DNA of 64,000 nucleotides from an uncultured Bacteroidales bacterium (GTDB taxonomy: Bacteria; Bacteroidota; Bacteroidia; Bacteroidales; CAZLJX01). The stretch spans positions 24,571-88,570 of the forward strand of contig CAZLJX010000004.1 of NCBI GenBank assembly GCA_964559985.1, written 5' to 3'. The translations under genes were made by a program, and so were the position numbers. The notes beneath the pieces were generated by a model. It did no database searches. It was not told the origin of the DNA and saw only the letters and a program-made list of their open reading frames with translations. Below, one piece after another: positions 46,528 to 56,035 of this stretch (positions are counted from its first letter, which is position 1; every line of letters begins with the position of its first letter).

Positions 46528-47941
46528 AAAGTTCCTGATATTTATCTTTCTCCTTAACCTGCTTTTAGCGCTGATTGCAACACCTATAACCGATTTTGGC
46601 GACACCTCAGCATATATTATACTGGCAAGGCAATTTACAGGACAGCAAACCGGCATTGATCTTTCGCACCGCTCTCCGCTTTTTTCCATTTTAATGGCCG
46701 GCCTGATGATGCTGTTTGCTGAAAAAACAGTTTTTTCATTGATGATTTTTATTCATTACCTGATGATTGCAGCCACATCGTGGATAATTTACCTGATGAT
46801 GAAAAAACTTACCGGAAAAAACAGTCTGGCTATTGACGCATCGCTGCTTTTCAATCTTTCACTGGCAACCATTTTTTATGCCAATATCCTGATAACCGAG
46901 ACCTTGTCGGTATTCCTGATGGTTGTTTCAACATGGTACCTGCTTAAACTGTACGAAAAAGAATCGCTGAAATTTGCCGTTTTTTCAGGCACCGGAATCG
47001 GGTTGCTTTCGCTTGCACGCTTCAGCGCAGTACCGCTGATTGTGACTTTTATTGCTATGATGATATATATTGCCGTATTGAAAAAATCTGACCTGAAAAG
47101 CACTTTAAAACTTTTGGCTGTATTTACAGTACCTTACCTGATTATCATTAATTTATGGTGTTTCTACAATTATTCCCATCATGGCTATTACCGGTTTTTT
47201 CATGCTTCAGGAATGGGTGTCCCCCGCAATATCACCGTAAGTTCCATTAAACCCGGCATGATAATTTCAGATGAAAACAAACCTGTTTATAATATCTTTC
47301 TGCAGGCACGCCGCGAATACCTGGAGGGCGATACAGTAAAAACCAAAGGCAGTTTCCGGTCGCTTGACCGGCTGAATATTACCGCTGACCTTTACAGTGG
47401 TTTTCTGATATGGCGCAAGGCATTACCTGTACTGAAACAGCACTTTGGCATTGCTGAGCATGAACATGAAAGCAAACTGAATACGCATCTGAAAAGTTTT
47501 TTCTCTGAAATATCGGCTCAGAATAAATCATACATTATGAAATTCCGTTTCTACTCGTTGCTGAGCAGTTTCAGGGCATCGGCCAGCCCGGCACTTCCCG
47601 ACAGCTATGGAAAAATCAACCTCAACATTTTACCTTCGATGGTAATTAAATTTTATAAGATCAGCATTCCGCTCATTTCACTGATCGTTTTTTTTGCATT
47701 TTTTGTATTTATTTTCAAAGCATTATTAAAATTGAAATGGCCCGGGTTTTATCAAACTGTCATGTTCAGTATTATTCTTTCATTTTATGGCATTAACTTT
47801 GTTTTTGCAACCGCCGGCGATGCCGACCGGTTTAAATATCCGGCCGATCCGTTTATTTTCTGCCTTTTTGTAATCACCGGCTGGAATTTGTTCACCTTTT
47901 TTCAAAAAAAGCTGCCAGCAATAGATTTTAAAAAATCATGA
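46520..47941 (+). CDS. GT-C fold (GT39/ArnT-like) polytopic glycosyltransferase
   Basis: About 473 aa with 10 or more TM helices and an acidic first-loop motif DFGDTSAY. The start is taken at ATG 46520 (MNKKFLIFIFLL), overlapping the wecE stop. The track ORF start at 46106 would overlap wecE by about 420 nt. Confidence 0.65.
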   Translation: MNKKFLIFIFLLNLLLALIATPITDFGDTSAYIILARQFTGQQTGIDLSHRSPLFSILMAGLMMLFAEKTVFSLMIFIHYLMIAATSWIIYLMMKKLTGKNSLAIDASLLFNLSLATIFYANILITETLSVFLMVVSTWYLLKLYEKESLKFAVFSGTGIGLLSLARFSAVPLIVTFIAMMIYIAVLKKSDLKSTLKLLAVFTVPYLIIINLWCFYNYSHHGYYRFFHASGMGVPRNITVSSIKPGMIISDENKPVYNIFLQARREYLEGDTVKTKGSFRSLDRLNITADLYSGFLIWRKALPVLKQHFGIAEHEHESKLNTHLKSFFSEISAQNKSYIMKFRFYSLLSSFRASASPALPDSYGKINLNILPSMVIKFYKISIPLISLIVFFAFFVFIFKALLKLKWPGFYQTVMFSIILSFYGINFVFATAGDADRFKYPADPFIFCLFVITGWNLFTFFQKKLPAIDFKKS

Positions 47942-49005
47942 AGGTACTCTATATCATTGATACATTGACATCAGGAGGCAAAGAGCGGCAACTGGTCGAG
48001 ATCATTAAAAAGCTGCCTGCCAATTATATTGCCGGGGTACTGACTTTTGACGGCCAGCAACATTATACTGAACAAGTCAGACAGTTATGCCCGTTTTACC
48101 GCGAACTGAAAAAAAGGCCCACCCGTTTGGAACCTTTTTTTACCATCTGGAAAATTTTCAGGGATTTTAAACCCGACCTGGTACATACCTGGGACCCTTT
48201 GTCATCGCTATATTGCTTTTTGCCCTGCCGGTGGCACGGAATTCCTTACATCGAAGGTTCTGTCAGGGATGCAGGAATTGAAAAAGGATGGGAATACCAT
48301 TACAAACGTTTCTTTTTAAAAATGGCCAATGGCGTGATTGCCAACTCACAGGCCGGACTCAATTATTACAGGGTTAAAGGCAATATTGTGTATAACCTGA
48401 TTGACATCAACCGCTTCACACTTGCTGAAAACACAAAAGAGAACAACCTGGTGAATGTTTCAAATTTTACGGATTATAAAGACCATACAACATTTTTCAA
48501 AGCGGTGGTTCCGCTGGTTAAGAATGGTCTGCTTGACCATGTTTTTGTGATTGGCACCGGCAAATATGAAGCTTACTGGCGGCAGAAAATTGCAGAAGAA
48601 GGGGTTACAGTTGCTTCAAAAATAATTTTTACCGGCCGGACTCACGATATTGAACAATACCTTGCCCAATGCAAAATTGGGGTATTATGTTCAACCCGCA
48701 AATATTCTGAAGGCATTTCAAATTCGGTGCTTGAATATATGGCTTCGGGGCTGATAGCCGTTGCTGCACGTACAGGGGCCATACCCGAAATGATTGAAAA
48801 CGGGAAAAACGGATTTCTTTACCAGCCCGGCAATGCCGATGACCTGAGACAAAAAATTGAACTTATTCTCTTGGGAAATGTTCATCATGAAGAGATTAAA
48901 AAAGAAGCTTTCAACATCCTGTCAGAGAAATTTGGTTTTGAAAACAATATGAAAAAATTGCTTGAAATTTATGAAACTACCAAGGCCAGTACAAAACACC
49001 CTTAG
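47938..49005 (+). CDS. Family 4 glycosyltransferase
   Basis: MKVLYIIDTLTSGGKERQ and EGISNSVLEYMASGLIAVAARTGAIPEMIENGKNGFL (EX7E region). Confidence 0.85.
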   Translation: MKVLYIIDTLTSGGKERQLVEIIKKLPANYIAGVLTFDGQQHYTEQVRQLCPFYRELKKRPTRLEPFFTIWKIFRDFKPDLVHTWDPLSSLYCFLPCRWHGIPYIEGSVRDAGIEKGWEYHYKRFFLKMANGVIANSQAGLNYYRVKGNIVYNLIDINRFTLAENTKENNLVNVSNFTDYKDHTTFFKAVVPLVKNGLLDHVFVIGTGKYEAYWRQKIAEEGVTVASKIIFTGRTHDIEQYLAQCKIGVLCSTRKYSEGISNSVLEYMASGLIAVAARTGAIPEMIENGKNGFLYQPGNADDLRQKIELILLGNVHHEEIKKEAFNILSEKFGFENNMKKLLEIYETTKASTKHP

Positions 49006-49978
49006 CAAAATAAACTTTGCCCTGGGCCGAAACCCGGTAATAGAAAAACCGACAGCATGGCAACGTTTCATCCCATCGGGATATCAGTCGGTTTGCCTCA
49101 TTTCGGCCGATTTTGAGCTGGCATGGGCATGGCGGTATTCGAAAAAATATGCCGATCCAATGGTTATGGCTATTGAAAATGCACGTCGTGAACGACAGAA
49201 TATTCCCGGCCTGCTTAAGCTGTTTGAAAAATATAAAACCCCTGTAACATGGGCTACCGTGGGGCACCTGTTTTTGTCGTCGTGCAGCAGCACCAACGGA
49301 AAAGCACATCCTGAAATTCCACAGCTGCAACCTTTCGAAAACCAGTTCTGGAAATATACAGGCAGCGACTGGTTTGAACATGACCCCTGCACCAGTCTGG
49401 AACAAAATCCTGAATGGTATGCCCCCGACCTGATTAAACAAATTCTCAGTTCACAGGTTAAACACGAAATAGCCTGCCATACTTTTTCGCATATTGATTG
49501 TACCGACCATGTTTGCCCTGCCGAAGTGCTTGAAAATGAAATTAAAGCATCGCGAGAAGCTGCCCGGCCGTTTGGTGTTGAACTTACCTCTTTTGTCCAC
49601 CCGGGATTTACTATTGGTAATCTGCCATTGATTGAAAAACTGGGATTTACAAATTTCAGAACCGACTATGGCAACACACTTGGTTATCCCGAAAAACACG
49701 GTAACAGCCTTTGGCAGCTTAAGGGCACTATGGAACTGGCATGGCGCGAAGGATGGACCGCAAAATACCAGGCCTGCCGCTATAAAACCATCATTGACAG
49801 GGCCATAAAAAACCATAGTGTGTGTGTTTTCTGGTTTCACCCATCGATGGATAAAAGATTTACCGGACTGGTTTTGCCTGAAATACTTGAACATCTCCAG
49901 CATAACACAAACCGGATTGCAAAAATGACCCATCGTGAGTATATTGCCTTTCTGAATAAAAGCCTGAAAAAACCTTGA
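48971..49978 (+). CDS. NodB-homology polysaccharide deacetylase (ArnD-like position)
   Basis: ISADFELAW, TWATVGHLF and HEIACHTFSH (the H-x-x-x-H metal motif). Confidence 0.75.
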   Translation: MKLPRPVQNTLSKINFALGRNPVIEKPTAWQRFIPSGYQSVCLISADFELAWAWRYSKKYADPMVMAIENARRERQNIPGLLKLFEKYKTPVTWATVGHLFLSSCSSTNGKAHPEIPQLQPFENQFWKYTGSDWFEHDPCTSLEQNPEWYAPDLIKQILSSQVKHEIACHTFSHIDCTDHVCPAEVLENEIKASREAARPFGVELTSFVHPGFTIGNLPLIEKLGFTNFRTDYGNTLGYPEKHGNSLWQLKGTMELAWREGWTAKYQACRYKTIIDRAIKNHSVCVFWFHPSMDKRFTGLVLPEILEHLQHNTNRIAKMTHREYIAFLNKSLKKP

Positions 49979-49980
49979 CC

Positions 49981-51219
49981 ATGAAAAAGCCTGAAAATCC
50001 TGCATTTGTTCTCGGAATGTTTGAAACAGGGCTGGGCGTTGCGCGCAGTTTGGGCATGACAGGAATTAAAGTTTTCGGGCTTGACCATAAAAAAGACATC
50101 GGTTTTTATTCAAGGTTTGTAAAAGCAGTTAGCTGCCCCCACCCGGCTTTGGATAATGAAAATTTTATAGATTTTCTGGCAGAAAAAGCAAAAAAAATGA
50201 AAGCAAAACCGGTACTTTTTATCACTTCCGATGATTTTTTAAAATCTGTTTCAGAAAACCGCGAAAAACTGAGTCAATATTTTTATTTTAACCTGCCTGA
50301 CGACCGTCTTCTGCAGCAGATATCTGACAAATACAATCAGTTCAGACTGGCCCGGCAGGCTGGCATTGATGTACCTGAAACTGTACTTGTTTACCAAGAC
50401 TTTAACGACGAAAATGAAATAAGTAAACTCAGGTTTCCGGTAATCATCAAGGCAAAAGATGTAACTACCTGGCGAAAAAAAATCAGTGCCACACAGAAAG
50501 GCTTTATTGCCCAATCTGCGGCAGACCTGTTGCCTGTTCTTGATCAAATACGCAACAGTGGGGTTGAAGCCGTAATTCAGGAAATTATACCCGGCCCCGA
50601 TACAAATCATTTTAAATTTTGCGGTTACTACGATAGCCAGGGCAGCCTTGTTGCGGGGTTTACCCTTCAAAAACTCAGGCAGAACCCCGTCAGGTTTGGC
50701 GTGGGAAGCCTGGTGCAAAGCATTGATTATAAAGAACTATTTGAAACCGGCGACCGGCTTTTCAGGAATATCGGATATAAAGGTATTGGTTCGGCCGAAT
50801 TCAAACTCGATGCCAACAACCAACAGCTTAAGCTGATTGAAATTAACCCCAGGTACTGGCAGCAGAATTTCCTGTCGACCCGCTGCGGGATTAATTTCCC
50901 GGCATTAGACTATTCCTGCTCACTCGGAGATGCACCAGAAAATCAGTTATATTTTAAAACCCATGTCAAATGGGTAAATATTTACATGGATTTTGATTCG
51001 TTCAACACTTACCGGAAAGAAAAAAGCATCACGTACGGCCAGTGGATAAAAAGCCTGAAAGGGAAAAAAGTTTTTTCCGATTGGTGGTATAAAGACCCTT
51101 TGCCCGGATTTTACGAAATCAGGTTTGGGCTGAGACTTTTTAAAATATTCCCAGTTATACTGAAAAAAATTAAAAAAAACGCCATTGGAAAAACTCGGAC
51201 TAAAGTTTCTGATTTTTAA
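49981..51219 (+). CDS. ATP-grasp superfamily carboxylate-amine ligase
   Basis: FVLGMFETGLGVARSLGMTGIKVFGLD, FPVIIKAKD, VIQEIIPGPD and SAEFKLD...LKLIEINPR. Confidence 0.75.
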   Translation: MKKPENPAFVLGMFETGLGVARSLGMTGIKVFGLDHKKDIGFYSRFVKAVSCPHPALDNENFIDFLAEKAKKMKAKPVLFITSDDFLKSVSENREKLSQYFYFNLPDDRLLQQISDKYNQFRLARQAGIDVPETVLVYQDFNDENEISKLRFPVIIKAKDVTTWRKKISATQKGFIAQSAADLLPVLDQIRNSGVEAVIQEIIPGPDTNHFKFCGYYDSQGSLVAGFTLQKLRQNPVRFGVGSLVQSIDYKELFETGDRLFRNIGYKGIGSAEFKLDANNQQLKLIEINPRYWQQNFLSTRCGINFPALDYSCSLGDAPENQLYFKTHVKWVNIYMDFDSFNTYRKEKSITYGQWIKSLKGKKVFSDWWYKDPLPGFYEIRFGLRLFKIFPVILKKIKKNAIGKTRTKVSDF

Positions 51220-51241
51220 CCGAAAAATTACAGATAAAAAA

Positions 51242-52063
51242 ATGAAAAAATATATTTGCCCGTCCTGCGAAAATTCAGATTTCAATAAAATTTCTTTTTT
51301 CTTCGATGGACACCAGAAACTTGTAAAATGCAAAATCTGCAAATTAATTTTCAGAATCAGACTGGAGTCATTCAATGAAGAAATTAATTATTCAGCCGAA
51401 ACTTTAAACGAAAGTTATAAAAAGGACTTGCTCGATAGTATCAGTTTCAGGAAGGAGTATAAATCATACATACTGAATTTGTTGAAAAAATATGTAGCAT
51501 CCCCTGTTTCATTTTTAGACATTGGTTGTTCCATAGGATCTTTTTTAAATATTGCCGGTGAAATATTTCCTGGGACAAAATTGATTGGTATTGAGCCATC
51601 ATTGGCAGAAGTAAATTTGGGAAAGAGCCTCTTTGCGAATATCACATTTATAAATACACTCTACAGAAAAGAATTATTTAATCATGAAGAATTTGATATT
51701 ATACATCATTCTCACGTTATTGAACATATTGTTCACCCAAAAGATTTCATAGAAAATAATTATTATCATTTAAAAAAAGGAGGGATATTGCTTATAACCT
51801 ATCCAAGTGCAAAATCATTCTATTTTTTCTGGGACCTTATTACAAGGAAGAATCCGGGACATATTATACAGAATCAGCATTTTAACTATTTTACATCATC
51901 AAGTATGAGGAATTTATTACAAAATAATGGTTTTGATATTTTAGAAGAGTTATATGGCCTGACTTACATTAAACGAAAAAGTGCATTTTATAAATTTTCG
52001 ATAGATCCGGTGTTTAAATTCTTTAAAATCGGAGAGCCCTATTTTATCTGCAGAAAAAGGTGA
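51242..52063 (+). CDS. Class I SAM-dependent methyltransferase with an N-terminal Cys4 zinc-ribbon
   Basis: CPSCEN...CKICK, then motif I FLDIGCSIGSF, followed by FDIIHHSHVIEHI and GGILLITYP. Confidence 0.8.
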   Translation: MKKYICPSCENSDFNKISFFFDGHQKLVKCKICKLIFRIRLESFNEEINYSAETLNESYKKDLLDSISFRKEYKSYILNLLKKYVASPVSFLDIGCSIGSFLNIAGEIFPGTKLIGIEPSLAEVNLGKSLFANITFINTLYRKELFNHEEFDIIHHSHVIEHIVHPKDFIENNYYHLKKGGILLITYPSAKSFYFFWDLITRKNPGHIIQNQHFNYFTSSSMRNLLQNNGFDILEELYGLTYIKRKSAFYKFSIDPVFKFFKIGEPYFICRKR

Positions 52064-52219
52064 AAACCATTAATATCCCGATAATAAAAATCAATTGTAT
52101 CAATTACATTTTCTGTCGGTATTAATTAGCATTTAACCCGGCATAATAATATTTGATTTTAGTTCGGCCATTATAAGTTTTTAGCTATTTTTGAAAAAAA
52201 ATTGGTTCATTAATAATAA

Positions 52220-52227
52220 TATATTTG
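52220..52227 (+). promoter_or_regulatory. Candidate internal -7 promoter box TAtaTTTG within the glycan locus
   Basis: TAnnTTTG match in the only sizeable (177-nt) AT-rich gap of the locus, 14 nt upstream of the GTG at 52241. Confidence 0.3.
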
Positions 52228-52240
52228 AAATCACCCATTT

Positions 52241-52975
52241 GTGGCTATTATTAAAAATATAAAAAACGGAGCTTTAAAAGTTAAAATTCTTATTACAGGT
52301 ATCAATGGAACATTGGGACAGATAATTGCAAAAGAGTTGTGCAATAATCCTGATTATGAATTGATTGGCACTGATTATCATTCTTGCCTTGAATGCACAT
52401 CTGCTGGTAAAATTGAATACTATCCGTGCGATTTGTCCGATTTTGAGCAGGTTAACAAACTTGCTGATTTAATTTTGCAAATCTACGGTGGTGTCCATGT
52501 ACTGATAAACAACGCAGCCATCAAAGATTTTGACAATTTTGACTTATACCCGCCATCAAGAATTGTAAACGCCGTTCATGTAAACCTGCTGGCACCCATG
52601 GTTTTAACCAACCATTTTATCCGTTTTATGAAAACTGAAAAATTCGGAAAAATCATTCATATTTCTTCTCCGTCGGCATTTGAGTATTACGAAAAAGGCT
52701 GGCTTTACTGCACCACCAAAGCTGCTCTTGCCGGATTACCAAACTACACCGGAGACGAAACCTTCAGATCGGGTATTACCATGCATACCATTTACCCGCA
52801 ATCGTTTATAAAGCGTAACGGAATAAAACTTCAAGGTTATCATTATATTACACTCAAAGTGGCAAAATACATCACCGGAATTATCAAAGGCGATAGAAAG
52901 AAAAAATGGTATGCAGCCGGGAGTTTTTTATTTACTCTTAAAATAAATATCCTCAACTGGCTCAGGTATGTTTGA
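52241..52975 (+). CDS. Short-chain dehydrogenase/reductase (SDR)
   Basis: ILITGINGTLGQ (Rossmann), NNAA, and a Ser with YCTTK (the YxxxK catalytic motif). GTG start. Confidence 0.75.
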   Translation: MAIIKNIKNGALKVKILITGINGTLGQIIAKELCNNPDYELIGTDYHSCLECTSAGKIEYYPCDLSDFEQVNKLADLILQIYGGVHVLINNAAIKDFDNFDLYPPSRIVNAVHVNLLAPMVLTNHFIRFMKTEKFGKIIHISSPSAFEYYEKGWLYCTTKAALAGLPNYTGDETFRSGITMHTIYPQSFIKRNGIKLQGYHYITLKVAKYITGIIKGDRKKKWYAAGSFLFTLKINILNWLRYV

Positions 52976-54797
52976 TTTGTTTATTGATTATTGCTTTACG
53001 CCGGAACAACCCCGTGAAATTGATTTTTCACGGTTATCAAGGTATAAAGATATAAAAGGAAAAACCGGAAGTTTTAGAACCCCGTCATTATCTGTTTCAT
53101 GGCTCGAACGGGAATCGACATTAAAAAAAATGCACCATTCCGGAAATTTAACTTTTATGGTTTTCGGTTCGGTTTTTACCAATCAGAAATATGCCTTACA
53201 GACAGGAATTAAGCCACATGCAGCCGGAGCCGATTTTATTGAAAACCTTTACCTGAATTATCACCACCGGTTTATAAAATGGATAAAAGGTTCATTTATC
53301 ATCATCATCATCAATCATCACGATAGCAGCATTCAAATGTTTACCGACCAGTTGAATGTATTACCACTCTATTATTTTCATCCGGCAGAAAGAGTGGTTA
53401 TCACCTCTAATACAGCTTTGTTTGCTGAATTGGGCATTTGTGATATAAAACCCAATATGACTGCCCTTGCCGAACAGGCTATTTTTGATTATCCCCTGTC
53501 AGACTCTCATTTTATTTCAGGAATAAAACAAACCCTTCCGGCCAGCCACTATACTTTTAGCAAGGGGCAAACACAGATTCAACCATACTGGGACGTATCT
53601 GAACTAATTTCGCAGGAACTGCTTCCCCGCCGCCAATCGCTCGACCTGCTGGCTGAGCAGTTATTTGAAAATGTTGCCCTGTACACTTCCGATACCGAAA
53701 AATTACTGGTTTCGCTCACAGGCGGATTTGACGGACGAACCAACCTGGCTATGCTGCGTAAACCAGCAGGTGATTTTCTTTGTTACTCTTACGGCATGCC
53801 CGGCAGCCTGCAGATTGAAATCCCTCAGCAAATCAGTAAAAAGCTCGGCATACCATATAAACCTGTTTACCTTGACCAGACTTTTGAACAACAATATGGC
53901 ACTCTTGCGGGTAAAGCCATATATTTTTCAAACGGTATGGCACCATTAATGCGGGCCAATTATCCTTATGCCTACCAGCAACTTAATTCCTTTGCCGATA
54001 CCATTCTCACAGGCCTGTTTGGCTCAGAAATTCTGCGGCCCATTTTCAGCATGGGTATTTTTTATAACGACGATACCATTGATATTTTTCTTTCGGGCAA
54101 TCCTGAATCAGCCTTGAAAAATACCATCAGAAAAATTAAATCATTCCAACTGATTGATGACGATATTTTAGACCAGGCTGAACCCGCCATTCTTGAAAAA
54201 CTGAAAAAAAACTATTTCGACAAATATAAAGACATTGACCCTGTTATGCGGTTTTTCCTTTTTATTATCAACGAAGGGCTGAGAAAATATTTTATGCAGG
54301 AAATTCAGATTGAACGGGTTTATGTTACCACCCGTTTTCCGTATTTTGATATCGATTTTGTTGAACTGATTCACAAAACTCCATATGCAGGTATGTACAA
54401 TGGTTTTCTGGGCAACAGCAAAATAAAACGACGCAAAGGGCAGTTGCTGTATGCACACATATTTAAACGTTATAACCCTGAACTAGGAAAAATAACACTC
54501 GACCGTGGCTACACCCCCGACACCCTGCTGCAGCCTTTCCCTGCAAATTATATCAATATTTATAGAGGTGTTCTGAAAATGAAACAATACTATAAACAAA
54601 AAGGGAATGAAACCTTTAACAGCGAGGTTTGGAGCATTCCATTCATAACCAATGTATTAAAAAATTATGAACCCAAAAAAACCTGGGGCACCGGGATAAA
54701 AAGCCTTTTTGAAAACAAACAGCACCGGCAGATATTTTTAAAATATGCGCACATACTGTCAGTATATCAATATTTTAATATGATTGCTAAAAAATAA
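52968..54797 (+). CDS. Asparagine-synthase-like protein lacking the N-terminal Cys nucleophile and carrying a degenerate PP-loop
   Basis: 609 aa. The N-terminus is MFDLFIDY (no Cys2). An Ntn-like segment reads GSFIIIIINHHDSSIQMFTDQLNVLPLYYF. The PP-loop position reads SLTGGFDGR instead of SGG.DS. Confidence 0.75.
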   Translation: MFDLFIDYCFTPEQPREIDFSRLSRYKDIKGKTGSFRTPSLSVSWLERESTLKKMHHSGNLTFMVFGSVFTNQKYALQTGIKPHAAGADFIENLYLNYHHRFIKWIKGSFIIIIINHHDSSIQMFTDQLNVLPLYYFHPAERVVITSNTALFAELGICDIKPNMTALAEQAIFDYPLSDSHFISGIKQTLPASHYTFSKGQTQIQPYWDVSELISQELLPRRQSLDLLAEQLFENVALYTSDTEKLLVSLTGGFDGRTNLAMLRKPAGDFLCYSYGMPGSLQIEIPQQISKKLGIPYKPVYLDQTFEQQYGTLAGKAIYFSNGMAPLMRANYPYAYQQLNSFADTILTGLFGSEILRPIFSMGIFYNDDTIDIFLSGNPESALKNTIRKIKSFQLIDDDILDQAEPAILEKLKKNYFDKYKDIDPVMRFFLFIINEGLRKYFMQEIQIERVYVTTRFPYFDIDFVELIHKTPYAGMYNGFLGNSKIKRRKGQLLYAHIFKRYNPELGKITLDRGYTPDTLLQPFPANYINIYRGVLKMKQYYKQKGNETFNSEVWSIPFITNVLKNYEPKKTWGTGIKSLFENKQHRQIFLKYAHILSVYQYFNMIAKK

Positions 54798-54802
54798 ATG
54801 GA

Positions 54803-55978
54803 ATGAAAAAGAGGGTTTTACATATTACCCGCAGGGCTACCGAACTGAAAGCGACGTTTATTAAAATTCAATACGAAAATCATATCGAATACGAAGCATT
54901 GGCCGCATTCCGCATCAATGATCTTTCAACTGACGATGGCCGCTTTCCTGAATTGCAGCTCAAAAATGAAAATTTGCTCAATTTATCTGAAAATGAAACC
55001 TTAAAAGAAAAAATCTTTTATAAGCTTTTTAAAATAATATCAAACAGGCAGGTGAAAATGCTGAGTGACTTTATTAATAAAAACGATATCCGACTTTGTC
55101 ATTTTCATTTCGGTTCTGATTGCGGTGTTTTTTACCCGTTTACCAAACATTTACCTGTTCCGGCAGTAGTTTCATATTATGGTTACGATACATCATCATT
55201 CCCGAAGATGTTATCCGGATATGGCGCAAAGTACCTTCAAAACAGGGTTTTCAAACATGTTAACCTCTCATTGGCTATGAGTCCCGACATGCAGACCGAC
55301 CTTGAAAAAGCAGGTTGCCCGGCCGGAAAAATCAAAGTGCATTATTACGGTATTGAAACCGAAAAATTTTTTATGCAGCGACAGTACAACACGCAAAACA
55401 AAATCAACATACTGATCATTGCCAGCCTGGTCCCTCAAAAAGGACATGAATTCCTGTTAAAAGCCATCCAATTGTTAAAAAATGAAAATAGCTGCCATTT
55501 TGAACTCAGAATTGTTGGTGGAGGAGAATTGGAAAACCATCTTAAAAATCTGGTAAAAAAACTTCATTTACAAGATGTTGTAATTTTCCCCGGCGTTGTA
55601 AGGTATGGTTCACAGTCTATGATGGATGAACTGAAAAACGCCGATATATTTGTTCATCCGAGTGTTACGGCTCCTAACGGAGATAAGGAAGGAATTCCCG
55701 GTACCATCGTTGAAGCCATGGCTGCAGGTCTGCCGGTTGTTTCTACTTTTCATGCAGGTATACCTTTTATTATTGAACCCGGAAAATCAGGTGAACTGGT
55801 AAAAGAGTATGATTATCACGGCTTGAAAAATGCTTTGTCAAACCTGATAGCCAGCAAAGATTTACGCGAAAAATATGGCAAAGCAGGACAGGAATTTGTA
55901 ATGCAAAACCTGAACCATAAAAGGAAAATCATTCAGCTTGAAAATACGTATGACAATCTGATAAATAACATTCAATGA
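54803..55978 (+). CDS. Family 4 glycosyltransferase
   Basis: EGIPGTIVEAMAAGLPVVSTFHAGIPFIIEPGKSGELV (EX7E region) and IIASLVPQKGHEFLL. Confidence 0.85.
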   Translation: MKKRVLHITRRATELKATFIKIQYENHIEYEALAAFRINDLSTDDGRFPELQLKNENLLNLSENETLKEKIFYKLFKIISNRQVKMLSDFINKNDIRLCHFHFGSDCGVFYPFTKHLPVPAVVSYYGYDTSSFPKMLSGYGAKYLQNRVFKHVNLSLAMSPDMQTDLEKAGCPAGKIKVHYYGIETEKFFMQRQYNTQNKINILIIASLVPQKGHEFLLKAIQLLKNENSCHFELRIVGGGELENHLKNLVKKLHLQDVVIFPGVVRYGSQSMMDELKNADIFVHPSVTAPNGDKEGIPGTIVEAMAAGLPVVSTFHAGIPFIIEPGKSGELVKEYDYHGLKNALSNLIASKDLREKYGKAGQEFVMQNLNHKRKIIQLENTYDNLINNIQ

Positions 55979-56035
55979 ATTTTTAATGCCGACACACATT
56001 ATGGCCTTATTTTATGAATAAACGGTTTGACAACA

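Noticed and set aside
49451-50718. Minus-strand ORFs of 184 aa (49451-50005) and 155 aa (50251-50718)
   Set aside because: Both are antisense to plus-strand genes with clear deacetylase and ATP-grasp motifs, and neither has motifs of its own.
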